Origin: an uncultured Gammaproteobacteria bacterium
GTDB lineage: Bacteria; Patescibacteriota; Patescibacteriia; UBA1558; 2-01-FULL-52-15
Assembly: GCA_964596475.1 (NCBI GenBank)
Contig: CAZQTS010000002.1
Coordinates: 1-41,608, forward strand
DNA length: 41,608 bases
Direction of reading: 5' to 3'
Shown: positions 7,167 through 16,168 of the stretch, piece by piece
Layout of the letters: each line of letters starts with the position of its first letter
Position numbering within the stretch: the stretch's first letter is position 1
Program-made: the position numbers and the translations under genes
Notes under the pieces: model-generated
The model's database searches: none
Seen by the model: only the letters and a program-made list of their open reading frames with translations
What the model was told of the DNA's origin: nothing

Positions 7167-8404
7167 TGCACGCGTCCCTGAATAATCTGCTTTGCTCTTT
7201 CAAGCTGCGGGTCTCGATTGTCGCGGAAGTCCTGCGCGGTCATCGGTACGGTTATGTCCGGTTCAATGCCGAGCTTGTTGATAAAGCGTCCCTTCGGTGT
7301 AATCCACTGCGAAATGGTTACTTTTAATCCAGAGCCGTCACGTAAGGTTTTTAAATCTTGGACCGATCCCTTTCCGTACGTCTTGCTGCCGACAATGGTT
7401 GCTCTCCCATAATCTTGCAACGCACCTGCGAGTATTTCTGATGCGGAGGCAGAGCCCTCGTTGACCAGCACCACGGTCGGCACCTTCGGCGCTTGAATCT
7501 GACGAATCGCACCGTAGTCTTTTGTCAGACGTTCGTCATAATACACCTCGCGCACTACTAAATCATCCCGGGAAAGCCACGCGCTTGCGATATTGACCGA
7601 CCTGTCAAGAAAACCACCGGGGTTGTTTCGCAGATCCACAATGAGTCCGCGGATATTGCGTGTTCGCAAATCATTTATCGCTTTAATAAATTGACGCTCT
7701 GACTCATTGTTAAAATTATAGACGTTAATGACCGCAATCCCGTCTGCAACCGCAACCTTAACTGTGGGCAGCACAATTGTTGCGCGCCGGATGCTGATGG
7801 TCTCTGATGCGCCGCCGTTTTCCTTTCGGTACACGGTGAGGACAACGATGGTTCCTGCCTTGCCGCGAATGAGCGCCACCGCTTGATCAAGAGTGAGGGA
7901 TCCGCTCTCTTTGGAATCAATGGTGAGTATCGCGTCGCCTGCGCGAAGGCCTGCCTTTTCTGCCGGCGAATCTGCAAGGGGCGCAATGACCGTAAGCCTC
8001 CCCTCCTTCACCCCCAGCTCTGCTCCGATACCCTCGAAGGAGCCTTGCAACTCCTCGTTAAATTGCTGATGTTCAGCCGGACTGAAGAATGCGGTATAGG
8101 GATCGCCAATGGCGGCAACCAAGCCCTGAAGTGCTCCGTAAAAGAGCTTCTTTTCATCTATTTTTTGTCGCTCTACATACGTGTCCTTGAGCGTGGAAAG
8201 CACCTCTGCATACAACTGGTCGTCAAAGTAGCCAATCGCAGTCGTGCTACTCGCGGTGCTGCGATATGACGTGATATTCGGGCGGCTGCGCGAAACTCCT
8301 AGGCCGGTAAGGAAACTCACCGCAATGAGCATGAGTATGCCCAGTACAAATAATCCGCGCTTGGGTTTTCTTGGTGAGGGTGATTGCACCGTTGGTAACG
8401 TCAT
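7163..8404 (-). CDS. S41-family C-terminal processing peptidase (Ctp/Prc-like) with N-terminal membrane anchor and PDZ domain
   Basis: 413 aa. It has a TM anchor 'GLFVLGILMLIAVSFLTGLG', a PDZ-like segment 'SPAEKAGLRAGDAILTID', and the Ser/Lys dyad context 'NEGSASASEILAGAL' and 'TYGKGSVQ'. It shares a 4-nt ATGA overlap with pyrG. Confidence 0.85.
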   Translation of the reverse strand: MTLPTVQSPSPRKPKRGLFVLGILMLIAVSFLTGLGVSRSRPNITSYRSTASSTTAIGYFDDQLYAEVLSTLKDTYVERQKIDEKKLFYGALQGLVAAIGDPYTAFFSPAEHQQFNEELQGSFEGIGAELGVKEGRLTVIAPLADSPAEKAGLRAGDAILTIDSKESGSLTLDQAVALIRGKAGTIVVLTVYRKENGGASETISIRRATIVLPTVKVAVADGIAVINVYNFNNESERQFIKAINDLRTRNIRGLIVDLRNNPGGFLDRSVNIASAWLSRDDLVVREVYYDERLTKDYGAIRQIQAPKVPTVVLVNEGSASASEILAGALQDYGRATIVGSKTYGKGSVQDLKTLRDGSGLKVTISQWITPKGRFINKLGIEPDITVPMTAQDFRDNRDPQLERAKQIIQGRVQ

Positions 8405-8406
8405 GG

Positions 8407-9693
8407 TTATTTCCGCCTGATAAGAGCTCCCACGGCACGAAGTCGCGCATCGAGCGCTTCATATCCGCGATCCACCTGATCAATGCCGTGAATAATTGAG
8501 GTCCCTTCGGCAAGTAACGCGGCGAGCACCAGCGTTGCCCCGGCCCGCAGATCGTAACTGGTGATTTCTTTTGCAGAGAGCGGGGTGGGACCCGCCACCA
8601 TGATCCGATGCGGGTCGAGAATCGTGATATTCGCGCCCATTTTTTGGAGCTCATTGACATAGCGGAGCCGACCATCATACATCCAATCATGAATTAGGCT
8701 CACCCCTTGTGCCTGCGTCATGAGTAAGGCAAAGGGTTGTATCAGATCGGCCGCAAATCCCGGATAGGGCATTGAGTGCAGTTTCTTGATTGCTTGCAGC
8801 GTATGCTTTTTGTGCGGTCTAATCGTTGCTATCGTATAGTGCTTCAGGGAATCAGAGCGTTCATCAGCAACGGTGTAGGTCATGCCGATCTCTTCGAATT
8901 TATTGATTTCGCAATCCAGAAATTGCGGGGCGGCATTGGTGAGCTCAAGTTCCGAGTGTGTTGCTGCCGAGAGCGCGATGAACGTGCCGGTTTCAATAGG
9001 GTCAGGCATGATTGCATACTCGACCCCGTGGAGTTTCGCAACGCCGGTAATCGAAAGTGTGTGCGTACCAATGCCATCAATCCGGGCGCCGGCTGCTTCA
9101 AGGAACCAGCAAAGATCCTGCACCACGTGCTCGGCGGCGCAGCACTTGACCACCACCGAATCAGCAAGCACCGATGCAAGGATAACATTTTCCGTCGCGG
9201 TTACGCTAAATTCCTTCATGACAAATTGAGGCTTACTGTTAGTGCGTTTCTCAATAATAAAAAAATTGTCCTCCGCTTCGCAATGGTAGCCCAGGTTACG
9301 AAAGGCATCAAAATGTGCGTCGAGCGGCCGGCTGCCAATATTACAACCTCCGGGCACAGAGATTTTTATTTTCCCAAACCGTTGTGCCAAGCATCCCATA
9401 AAAAAAACAGAGGATCGAATTCTCGAAACCTTATCAAAATCTATTGTTTCAGGGTTGAGTCGGGAACAGTTGATCGTGAGCGTGCCGGACTTGTGACGAG
9501 TGACGCGCGCGCCCATGCTCACGAGGATATCGATCATTGTTGTTACGTCAGAAATAGCCGGAACATTATGGAGCACGCAGTCATCCTCGACTAACACCGT
9601 TGCCGCAAGAATCGGGGTCGCTGCATTTTTTGCGCCGACGATCGGCAGCGTTCCCGTCAGTTTACGACCTCCTTGTATAATAAAAGTTTCCAT
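8407..9693 (-). CDS. murA: UDP-N-acetylglucosamine 1-carboxyvinyltransferase
   Basis: 428 aa. 'IQGGRKLTGTLPIVGAKNAATPILAA' is the MurA N-terminus. 'VPGGCNIGSRPLDAH' retains the active-site Cys. Confidence 0.95.
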   Translation of the reverse strand: METFIIQGGRKLTGTLPIVGAKNAATPILAATVLVEDDCVLHNVPAISDVTTMIDILVSMGARVTRHKSGTLTINCSRLNPETIDFDKVSRIRSSVFFMGCLAQRFGKIKISVPGGCNIGSRPLDAHFDAFRNLGYHCEAEDNFFIIEKRTNSKPQFVMKEFSVTATENVILASVLADSVVVKCCAAEHVVQDLCWFLEAAGARIDGIGTHTLSITGVAKLHGVEYAIMPDPIETGTFIALSAATHSELELTNAAPQFLDCEINKFEEIGMTYTVADERSDSLKHYTIATIRPHKKHTLQAIKKLHSMPYPGFAADLIQPFALLMTQAQGVSLIHDWMYDGRLRYVNELQKMGANITILDPHRIMVAGPTPLSAKEITSYDLRAGATLVLAALLAEGTSIIHGIDQVDRGYEALDARLRAVGALIRRK

Positions 9694-9747
9694 TGTATAG
9701 TTCGGCAGTACCAGCTAATTTTAGTAGATTCGTTAAATTAAAACAAG

Positions 9748-11022
9748 ATGGGCGTGGGCTTGCGACGACTCCTCTATCTCACCGCGTTCCTCTTGTTTGT
9801 TGTTTTTGGGGTTGCGGTGACGCTCTATGCCGCCGGCTACCGGTATAACCAGCAAACGCGGACCGTGTCAAAAGTCGGCGCTTTTTACATAAAGTCATAT
9901 CCGGCAGGATCACGCATTCTTCTCGACGGTAAAGACACTGCCGCAAAAACGCCAGCTCGTCTTCTCAATGTACATCCAGGAGTGCATACGGTCACCGTTA
10001 TGCGGGGTGGTTTTGTGCCGTGGGAAAAGAGTTTAATCGTGGAGGCAGGACAAACAACGTTCATCCGTGACATAGTGCTCTTCAGAGAAAACCCTTCCGC
10101 AACCCTTCTTGGCGCCGGCGGAACACGCGTGATTGTCGCGCAAGAAACCAATGCGTACGCCTTTATCGATCAGCAGGGCAATATACATCTGACGAATATG
10201 GATACGCAGAGGGATTTCATCATCGAGACTTCTCATCGTCCCGAAAAACTGCTCGCTTTCTCGAAAGACAACGGCCTGCTACTTTTCGAATCCGAGAGCC
10301 AGCTCTTCCTCACGAACGTCAATACCGAGGAGAGTAAGCGCCTGGGACCCTCTAGGCCGGTTCGCAAAGCAACATGGGATAGAAACGACAGCACGGTGGT
10401 ATGGTTGCTCGTTGGCAGAAACGTTGAGGTCATGAACCTCGTAACAAGCGAGCAGCAACGTCGCATAAGTGCTGTTGATGATTTTACGCTGGGCGATAGG
10501 AACCTTATGACCCTCACGCGAGGAAATAACGCAACGGTGTTGCGGGAGCATTCGCTCGATGGAGCAACAATTCTCTCGGAACGCATACTACCGACGGATG
10601 ACGTACTGACCTTTTACGAGAGCCGAAATGAGAACATCATGATGCGGGGAGAGAAACGGATCTGGATTGTCGATCAGGACGAAAGTCGGTCGTTCGATGC
10701 TAGTGATGTCGCAATCCATGACGAGTCGCTCCTTATCGCCTCCAATTTTGAGATACTCCTGTACCATCTGCGTACAAAAAAATTGGAACTCGTGGATCGA
10801 ACCTCTACGCCTGTTGAAAAGCTGCAGTGGCATCCGAACGGAAGCTACTTTCTCCGTTCACAAAGTTCCCAATTGCAACTCATTGAACTTGATAGCAGAG
10901 ATCGAAGAAACATGGTGACCCTTAGCTTTGTCAGCGGAGCCTACGAAAGTATTTTCAGCAAGAAGGGCGATCTGCTCTTCATGGTGACTCCGCAAACCAA
11001 TCAGGTCTTGAGTATTCAGTAA
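9748..11022 (+). CDS. Membrane-anchored PEGA-domain protein with a C-terminal beta-propeller-like region
   Basis: 424 aa. N-terminal TM 'LLYLTAFLLFVVFGVAVTLYAAG'. PEGA-like segment 'YPAGSRILLDGKDTAAKTPARLLNVHPGVHTVTVMRGGFVPWEKSLIVEAGQT'. The remainder is beta-rich and repetitive. Confidence 0.6.
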   Translation: MGVGLRRLLYLTAFLLFVVFGVAVTLYAAGYRYNQQTRTVSKVGAFYIKSYPAGSRILLDGKDTAAKTPARLLNVHPGVHTVTVMRGGFVPWEKSLIVEAGQTTFIRDIVLFRENPSATLLGAGGTRVIVAQETNAYAFIDQQGNIHLTNMDTQRDFIIETSHRPEKLLAFSKDNGLLLFESESQLFLTNVNTEESKRLGPSRPVRKATWDRNDSTVVWLLVGRNVEVMNLVTSEQQRRISAVDDFTLGDRNLMTLTRGNNATVLREHSLDGATILSERILPTDDVLTFYESRNENIMMRGEKRIWIVDQDESRSFDASDVAIHDESLLIASNFEILLYHLRTKKLELVDRTSTPVEKLQWHPNGSYFLRSQSSQLQLIELDSRDRRNMVTLSFVSGAYESIFSKKGDLLFMVTPQTNQVLSIQ

Positions 11023-11743
11023 ACTTATTGCGACGGTGCGTGGCGATATACTGCGATGCGGCAAGGAGCGAGTCAAAGGTGCCCGCGTCGAACCAGGGCT
11101 TTTTGATGATCCGCACATCCAGCTCGTTCTGGCGAAGATACCTATTATTGATGTCCGTTATCTCCAGCTCACTGCGCCATGATGGCTTCAAGCTCTTTGC
11201 ATATTCGACCACCCGGGCATCGTACACATAGAGACCGGTGACCGCGAAGTCGCTTTTTGGACGCTGCGGTTTCTCTTCGATGGACATGGCGCGGAATTTT
11301 CTATCAAATTCGACAACGCCGAATCGCTGCGCATCAGGAACTTTTTTTGCAAAAATCCGACCGCCGGATTTGAAACTGTTGATATCCTTGCTCAAATCGT
11401 CGATGAAAATATTATCCCCCAAAATCATCGCCACGTTCTCTCGGTCGATAAAATTCTCACCAATGATAAAAGCGTCCGCAAGGCCCCGAGGCGTATCCTG
11501 AATTTCATACGTACATTTGATATCGGGGCCGAACTCCTTGCCTGAACCCAAAAGATTGAGAAAATGTCCCGCGTACTCCGGAGCGATGATAATCAGAATC
11601 TCCTTAATGCCAGCCCGCATGAGGGTCTGCAAGGGATAAAAAATCATCGGTCGATCGTACACCGGCAGCAGTTGCTTACTGGTTATTTTGGTGAGTGGTC
11701 TTAATCGTGTTGCATGCCCCCCTGCCAAAATAATTCCTCTCAT
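10979..11743 (-). CDS. rmlA: Glucose-1-phosphate thymidylyltransferase (short-form RmlA)
   Basis: 254 aa. 'MRGIILAGGHATRLRPLTKITSKQLLPVYDRPMIFYPL' is the canonical RmlA N-terminus. Its 3' end overlaps the convergent PEGA gene by 44 nt. Confidence 0.85.
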   Translation of the reverse strand: MRGIILAGGHATRLRPLTKITSKQLLPVYDRPMIFYPLQTLMRAGIKEILIIIAPEYAGHFLNLLGSGKEFGPDIKCTYEIQDTPRGLADAFIIGENFIDRENVAMILGDNIFIDDLSKDINSFKSGGRIFAKKVPDAQRFGVVEFDRKFRAMSIEEKPQRPKSDFAVTGLYVYDARVVEYAKSLKPSWRSELEITDINNRYLRQNELDVRIIKKPWFDAGTFDSLLAASQYIATHRRNKFTEYSRPDWFAESP

Positions 11744-11752
11744 ATCGTTATC

Positions 11753-12760
11753 TTACCACGAATCCTCACTAATCTCTAAACGCGACAGGAGCGGCCGCCA
11801 CCACGCTTCGTTTTGCACATACCACTGAATCGTATCCCGCATTCCCTCATGAAAATCTATTTGAGGTTCCCATCCTAAACTCGTGCGCAATTTTGTCGAA
11901 TCAAGGAGGTATCGTCGGTCATGGCCTGGCCGATCCTCCACATAGGTCTTGTGTGACGGATGAAGGCCCAAAGCCTCTATGACCTTGTCTGCGATGGTTT
12001 CGATGTCGGCCTCGGTGCCGGTCCCGACATTATAGGTTTCGCCGATTGTGCCGCGGAGCAGCACTAACTCAAGCGCGCGACAATGATCAAGCACATGGAT
12101 CCATTCCCGCTTATGCTTACTTTGTTTGTAGAGCGGCAATTTTTTCTTGGAAAGTCCCCGTATCGTAAAGTGTGGTATCACCTTCTCAGGAAACTGATAC
12201 GGACCGTAATTATTTGACGCGTTTGATATGGTAACGGGAAGATTATAGGTGGTGTGGTACGCGCGCACGATAACATCGGCGGCCGCCTTTGATGCATTGT
12301 ATGGCGTGCGCGGCCGATACGGTGATTCTTCGGTAAACTGCTCATTCGAGTCAAGCGGCAGATCGCCATACACCTCGCAGGTTGATATGTGATGGAACCT
12401 ACCGGTTCCGACGCGACGCGCAGCCTCGAGCAGGCGCTGGGTGCCGACGACGTTAGTATCGATGAAAATATTCGGGTTCAGGACGGCGCGACTATTATGA
12501 CTCTCTGCCGCAAAGTTGACAATACTATCTGGCAGAAATTTCTTGAGCACCTTGAGATTATTAGGAAAATCGGCAATGTTGCCTCGGACAAATCGATACC
12601 TTCGCGGATACTGCTTCTCTATGTCCACGAGACTTTCGCGGTAGCCCGCGTACGTAAGAGCATCGAGATTTATGATAGTGTCGTGAGAGTACTTCTGGAG
12701 CCAGTACCGAATAAAGTTAGAACCGATGAAGCCTGCACCGCCGGTCACGAGTAGCGTCAT
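11753..12760 (-). CDS. rmlB: dTDP-glucose 4,6-dehydratase
   Basis: 335 aa. 'LLVTGGAGFIGSNF' is the NAD-binding motif, 'YNASKAAAD' is the catalytic YxxxK, and 'HISTCEVYG' is also present. Confidence 0.9.
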   Translation of the reverse strand: MTLLVTGGAGFIGSNFIRYWLQKYSHDTIINLDALTYAGYRESLVDIEKQYPRRYRFVRGNIADFPNNLKVLKKFLPDSIVNFAAESHNSRAVLNPNIFIDTNVVGTQRLLEAARRVGTGRFHHISTCEVYGDLPLDSNEQFTEESPYRPRTPYNASKAAADVIVRAYHTTYNLPVTISNASNNYGPYQFPEKVIPHFTIRGLSKKKLPLYKQSKHKREWIHVLDHCRALELVLLRGTIGETYNVGTGTEADIETIADKVIEALGLHPSHKTYVEDRPGHDRRYLLDSTKLRTSLGWEPQIDFHEGMRDTIQWYVQNEAWWRPLLSRLEISEDSW

Positions 12761-12767
12761 ACGCGTT

Positions 12768-13178
12768 TCATTGAATCCGACTTCTGATTTCGTTGCCGAT
12801 CTGGTCGAGTTCCGCGGCGCCCACCGTACGGTTCGGCCAGTGCCGGAGCCCGTCGTTATTGTAGCGAGGAATAATATGCCAATGCACGTGCTGTACGACC
12901 TGCCCAGCGGCAGGGCCGTTATTCATGCCGAGATTGAATCCGTCCGCCTGCATGACTGCTGCAATCCGTGGTGCCAGATAATGGAGCTTGGACGCCAAGC
13001 GAACGATAATCGCCTGTGGCACCAGATCAAAACGATCAAAATGGATTTTTGGTATGAGCAGGGTATGACCCCTGCTGATGGGGAATGCGTCGAGAAAAGC
13101 GCAGACCGCGTCATCATCAAAAATCTTCTGCGACGGAATCGCGCCTGATACGATTTTGCAAAACACGCAGTCGCTCAT
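12768..13178 (-). CDS. HIT (histidine triad) family protein
   Basis: 'CVFCKIVSGAIPS' and the triad 'QVVQHVHWHIIPR'. The start is set at the internal ATG (13178, 'MSDCVFCKI'), which removes the overlap with the upstream gene. The ORF-track start at 13214 is the alternative. Confidence 0.8.
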   Translation of the reverse strand: MSDCVFCKIVSGAIPSQKIFDDDAVCAFLDAFPISRGHTLLIPKIHFDRFDLVPQAIIVRLASKLHYLAPRIAAVMQADGFNLGMNNGPAAGQVVQHVHWHIIPRYNNDGLRHWPNRTVGAAELDQIGNEIRSRIQ

Positions 13179-13188
13179 GTGATCGATG

Positions 13189-13668
13189 TTAATTTTGATT
13201 TTTTGACCAGTCAAAGTTTATTCGCGGATCATCGTAGCGAATTCGTTCTTCGTCAGGATGACTCGGGTTATAATTTCGATCCGTATGATAAAAAAGTAAC
13301 ACCGCTTCATCGGAAACCACCTGATAGCCGTGGGCAACACCCGGCGGTATCACAATTAACTGATACTCATCCGTACCGGCCAGGAACACATCCGTCTGCC
13401 CGCGCGTGCGCGAGTGCGAGCGAAGATCATGGAGAACAATGCGCGCGGTACCCGATGCAACGAACCAGAGATCGTTCTGATGCTTATGCCAGTGGAAAGC
13501 CTTAATGCTGCCTGGATAAGCAACCGTGAACGTAGTCTGGCCGAAATGTTTCAACAAGCCATCGTCATCGCGGAGCACCTCCATGAGAAAGCCGCTCTGG
13601 CCTGATGATTCAGTGTCCGGCACATCCGGATGCACTTTCAATTTTTTAATAATAACGCCGTCTATCAT
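13189..13668 (-). CDS. rmlC: dTDP-4-dehydrorhamnose 3,5-epimerase-family cupin (RmlC-like)
   Basis: 159 aa. 'GSIKAFHWHKHQNDLWFVASGTARIVLHDLR' and 'LIVIPPGVAHGYQV' match the RmlC cupin core. It lies in an operon with rmlA/rmlB. Confidence 0.7.
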   Translation of the reverse strand: MIDGVIIKKLKVHPDVPDTESSGQSGFLMEVLRDDDGLLKHFGQTTFTVAYPGSIKAFHWHKHQNDLWFVASGTARIVLHDLRSHSRTRGQTDVFLAGTDEYQLIVIPPGVAHGYQVVSDEAVLLFYHTDRNYNPSHPDEERIRYDDPRINFDWSKNQN

Positions 13669-14023
13669 AATGCACCGTCGCGGTCATAAGCATCGCGAGA
13701 ACCCCGAGCAGCAATAAACCTAACAAATAGTTTTTGAATTGTAAAGAAATGTACATCCAGAGTAACAGTGCATCAAAAGCAAGCACAATTCCCGTATATA
13801 TTTTCTTGAATCGATGCACCACCACATGGTGTGCGATGGCGATTCGTAGCATAAAAAAGAGTATGCCTGTGATGACGACAAGATTGAGATCCACGATTGC
13901 GCTCACGAATCCGGGTTTTAAAAGCTCCGCCAGGATGAGTGTTGCGCCCGACAAGCTGACAACGCGAAAGGCGTCATCAATCAATTCATACAACAATTTC
14001 GCCTGCTCTTTCATGACAGCCAT
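13646..14023 (-). CDS. Small hypothetical integral membrane protein
   Basis: 125 aa with about 3-4 hydrophobic helices. It overlaps both neighbours (translational coupling) within the GT-C/rml operon. Confidence 0.45.
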   Translation of the reverse strand: MAVMKEQAKLLYELIDDAFRVVSLSGATLILAELLKPGFVSAIVDLNLVVITGILFFMLRIAIAHHVVVHRFKKIYTGIVLAFDALLLWMYISLQFKNYLLGLLLLGVLAMLMTATVHYDRRRYY

Positions 14024-14550
14024 AACATCCTCTTGAGCGTTTCAAACAGCGATTCGCGATGGAACGTAATCTGTACCTCGCGAATCATAAACGGCATGCT
14101 TTCAAGACGGTCAATCGAAATGATAAATCGCAGATTGCCATCCGTAATTTTTGCGTTCTGCAAATCAAAACGCACAAAACCTGTTCGGTCAGGCGAAAGC
14201 AGCGCGTACGACCACTCTGCCCCAGTGACTTCGAGCCCAATGCGCCAAACCGCCGGAGCCGTTTCAACAACAACACGCAGATCGGCATACTCATACCGAT
14301 GAGGATATCGAACCTTGAAATACACCGGCTGCTCCAAGACACGCTGGGCACCTTCTGTGATGGCAGAAAGACGGTGGGCAGGGAACAGAGGCGAAATCAA
14401 TGCCTGCGGCCGGTCAAGACGATACTGGAGAGAACGAACACCGGAGGGATTCAGATCAACCACGAATGCAAAAAGGAGCACGACCGGTAGGATGGCATAC
14501 AGGACGATCCGCGCCCATCGAACGGTTCGAATCAAAACATATGGTCTCAT
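14011..14550 (-). CDS. Hypothetical membrane-anchored protein (single N-terminal TM plus a ~140-aa beta-rich extracytoplasmic domain)
   Basis: 179 aa. TM 'IVLYAILPVVLLFAFVV'. It has a 4-nt overlap with the upstream GT-C-like gene. Confidence 0.45.
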   Translation of the reverse strand: MRPYVLIRTVRWARIVLYAILPVVLLFAFVVDLNPSGVRSLQYRLDRPQALISPLFPAHRLSAITEGAQRVLEQPVYFKVRYPHRYEYADLRVVVETAPAVWRIGLEVTGAEWSYALLSPDRTGFVRFDLQNAKITDGNLRFIISIDRLESMPFMIREVQITFHRESLFETLKRMLWLS

Positions 14551-16106
14551 TGCAATACAATTCGATACACGCTGATATCAGCCTGTGTGAATATTTTCTC
14601 TTCAAGAGCGAAACGAAAAGGTCTCCATGTTTCGTTGATCTCGGCCATTTTTCTCTCGTCCTTCGTTGGACCAACAAAGTACAATCGCGTACCCCTCCCC
14701 AGATAGTGCGCAAGGGCGCGGCGGCCTGCATCAGATTCATATGACGTGATGACTAAACGGTGCGGCCAGACATACTTATCACTCCTCTCGGCAACAATAA
14801 TGGCGTCCTGTGGCAGCTCTGATCGTACCCATGAAGCGACTGCATCGTACGTGTTAAGCGTCTTCTGTTTTGCAAGAATCGTTTCGGGCGAGCCTGACAT
14901 GGTTACACGATATGAAAAGAGCATGAACAGCAGAATCAGAATGCCACTTGCAGCCTGATACCTGCGCACGGGGAGATATGCCAAACTGCTCCATGCATAG
15001 GCAATTAGAGGAATTGAAAAAACATAGATGGGCAGAAAATATCGGACATACGAGGTACCAATAGTCACTCCCCGCGTATACGTCGAATCAATGATCAACC
15101 ATGAGCCATAGAACGTCAGAAGCACGCATGAGGCAAATAAAAAAGACCAAACAGGAAAGCTGGACCGCTCCCGCCAGAATTCCTTAAGAGATACTGCGGC
15201 CGCAATGAGCACCGCAAGTGTATACGGCCAGAAAAAAGCAATAAGATAATTCCATGCATTAAACAGCATGAGGCGCGGGTGAAATCCGAAGGGAAAGAGA
15301 AGCGAAATAAGGGATCCTTGTGAACTCTGCGGCAGTGTGTAGCCGAAAGGAAAATCCGAAGGGATGATACTGCGATGGAAGGCAGCGATGGCAACACCCA
15401 CGACAGCCATACTGACAACCGATGCCATAAACCATCGCATATTGATCCGCTTTCGAAACACAATCGCGTATGCCACAAGAATTGGAACAAGCCAAATCGC
15501 TTCGGAAGTTCTCACATAGAGCGCAAGCGTTAATGCGGTAAATGCAGCCACATACGACAAGGATTTGGGACGCGGTATAATAATTGCAAAAAAGTAGACG
15601 CTGATGATGAGCAGACTCACAAAGAGCACGTTGGGCAACAAGGAATCGTTCGTGTAATACCACCATGCCGGATGTATCATAAGCAAGAGCAGTGCGAATA
15701 AGCCGGCACGATTGGAGATCAGTTCATTGAGCCGATAGAAGTAATAGAGCGCAGTGCCCGCAATGAGAATGGTGAGATATGGAATTACATTGAGAAAAAA
15801 CAGTTTGCTGGTGAGGCCATACAATACGATTAAACCAAGGAAACCTGTGGGAACCAAACTGCCCCATGTCACTCGGGTACTCCGGGTAAAGAGATAGTCG
15901 CGCGCAAATGAGTCATCCAAAGGCAACGCAACTGCAAAATCTTTCCCCTCTAAAATCCGAAGGGCAAAGTGATAATTGGCGTTCGCATCTGGAGAATTAA
16001 AAACCTGATTCACGCCGCCATTCCATACGAGCGCCAACTGCACCATAACGAAGAGTCCAATGAAAAGAAGTCCAGCAAGACTAGCGCGAGATTGCCTATA
16101 TACCAT
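14547..16106 (-). CDS. Polytopic membrane protein, probable GT-C-fold glycosyltransferase (PMT/ArnT-like)
   Basis: 519 aa with about 12 hydrophobic helices over the first ~400 aa and a ~110-aa soluble C-terminal domain. This architecture, and the context with GtrA/GtrB-like genes, fits polyprenyl-phosphate-sugar-dependent transferases. I could not verify a specific catalytic motif. Confidence 0.5.
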   Translation of the reverse strand: MVYRQSRASLAGLLFIGLFVMVQLALVWNGGVNQVFNSPDANANYHFALRILEGKDFAVALPLDDSFARDYLFTRSTRVTWGSLVPTGFLGLIVLYGLTSKLFFLNVIPYLTILIAGTALYYFYRLNELISNRAGLFALLLLMIHPAWWYYTNDSLLPNVLFVSLLIISVYFFAIIIPRPKSLSYVAAFTALTLALYVRTSEAIWLVPILVAYAIVFRKRINMRWFMASVVSMAVVGVAIAAFHRSIIPSDFPFGYTLPQSSQGSLISLLFPFGFHPRLMLFNAWNYLIAFFWPYTLAVLIAAAVSLKEFWRERSSFPVWSFLFASCVLLTFYGSWLIIDSTYTRGVTIGTSYVRYFLPIYVFSIPLIAYAWSSLAYLPVRRYQAASGILILLFMLFSYRVTMSGSPETILAKQKTLNTYDAVASWVRSELPQDAIIVAERSDKYVWPHRLVITSYESDAGRRALAHYLGRGTRLYFVGPTKDERKMAEINETWRPFRFALEEKIFTQADISVYRIVLQ

Positions 16107-16168
16107 GATGTTTTACTATTTTAGCCCTTGTGCAACAAAAAATCTATGCTAGGATTATTACAACAAAT

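Noticed and set aside
8776-9594. A long antisense ORF (272 aa, +) inside murA, and many similar ORFs in the track such as 1179..1694, 5577..6008, 16369..16842, 24019..24441 and 28711..29124.
   Set aside because: Each lies entirely within, and opposite or out of frame to, a gene with clear family motifs. Their translations are low-complexity, Arg/Cys/Ser-rich and lack motifs, so they are shadow ORFs.
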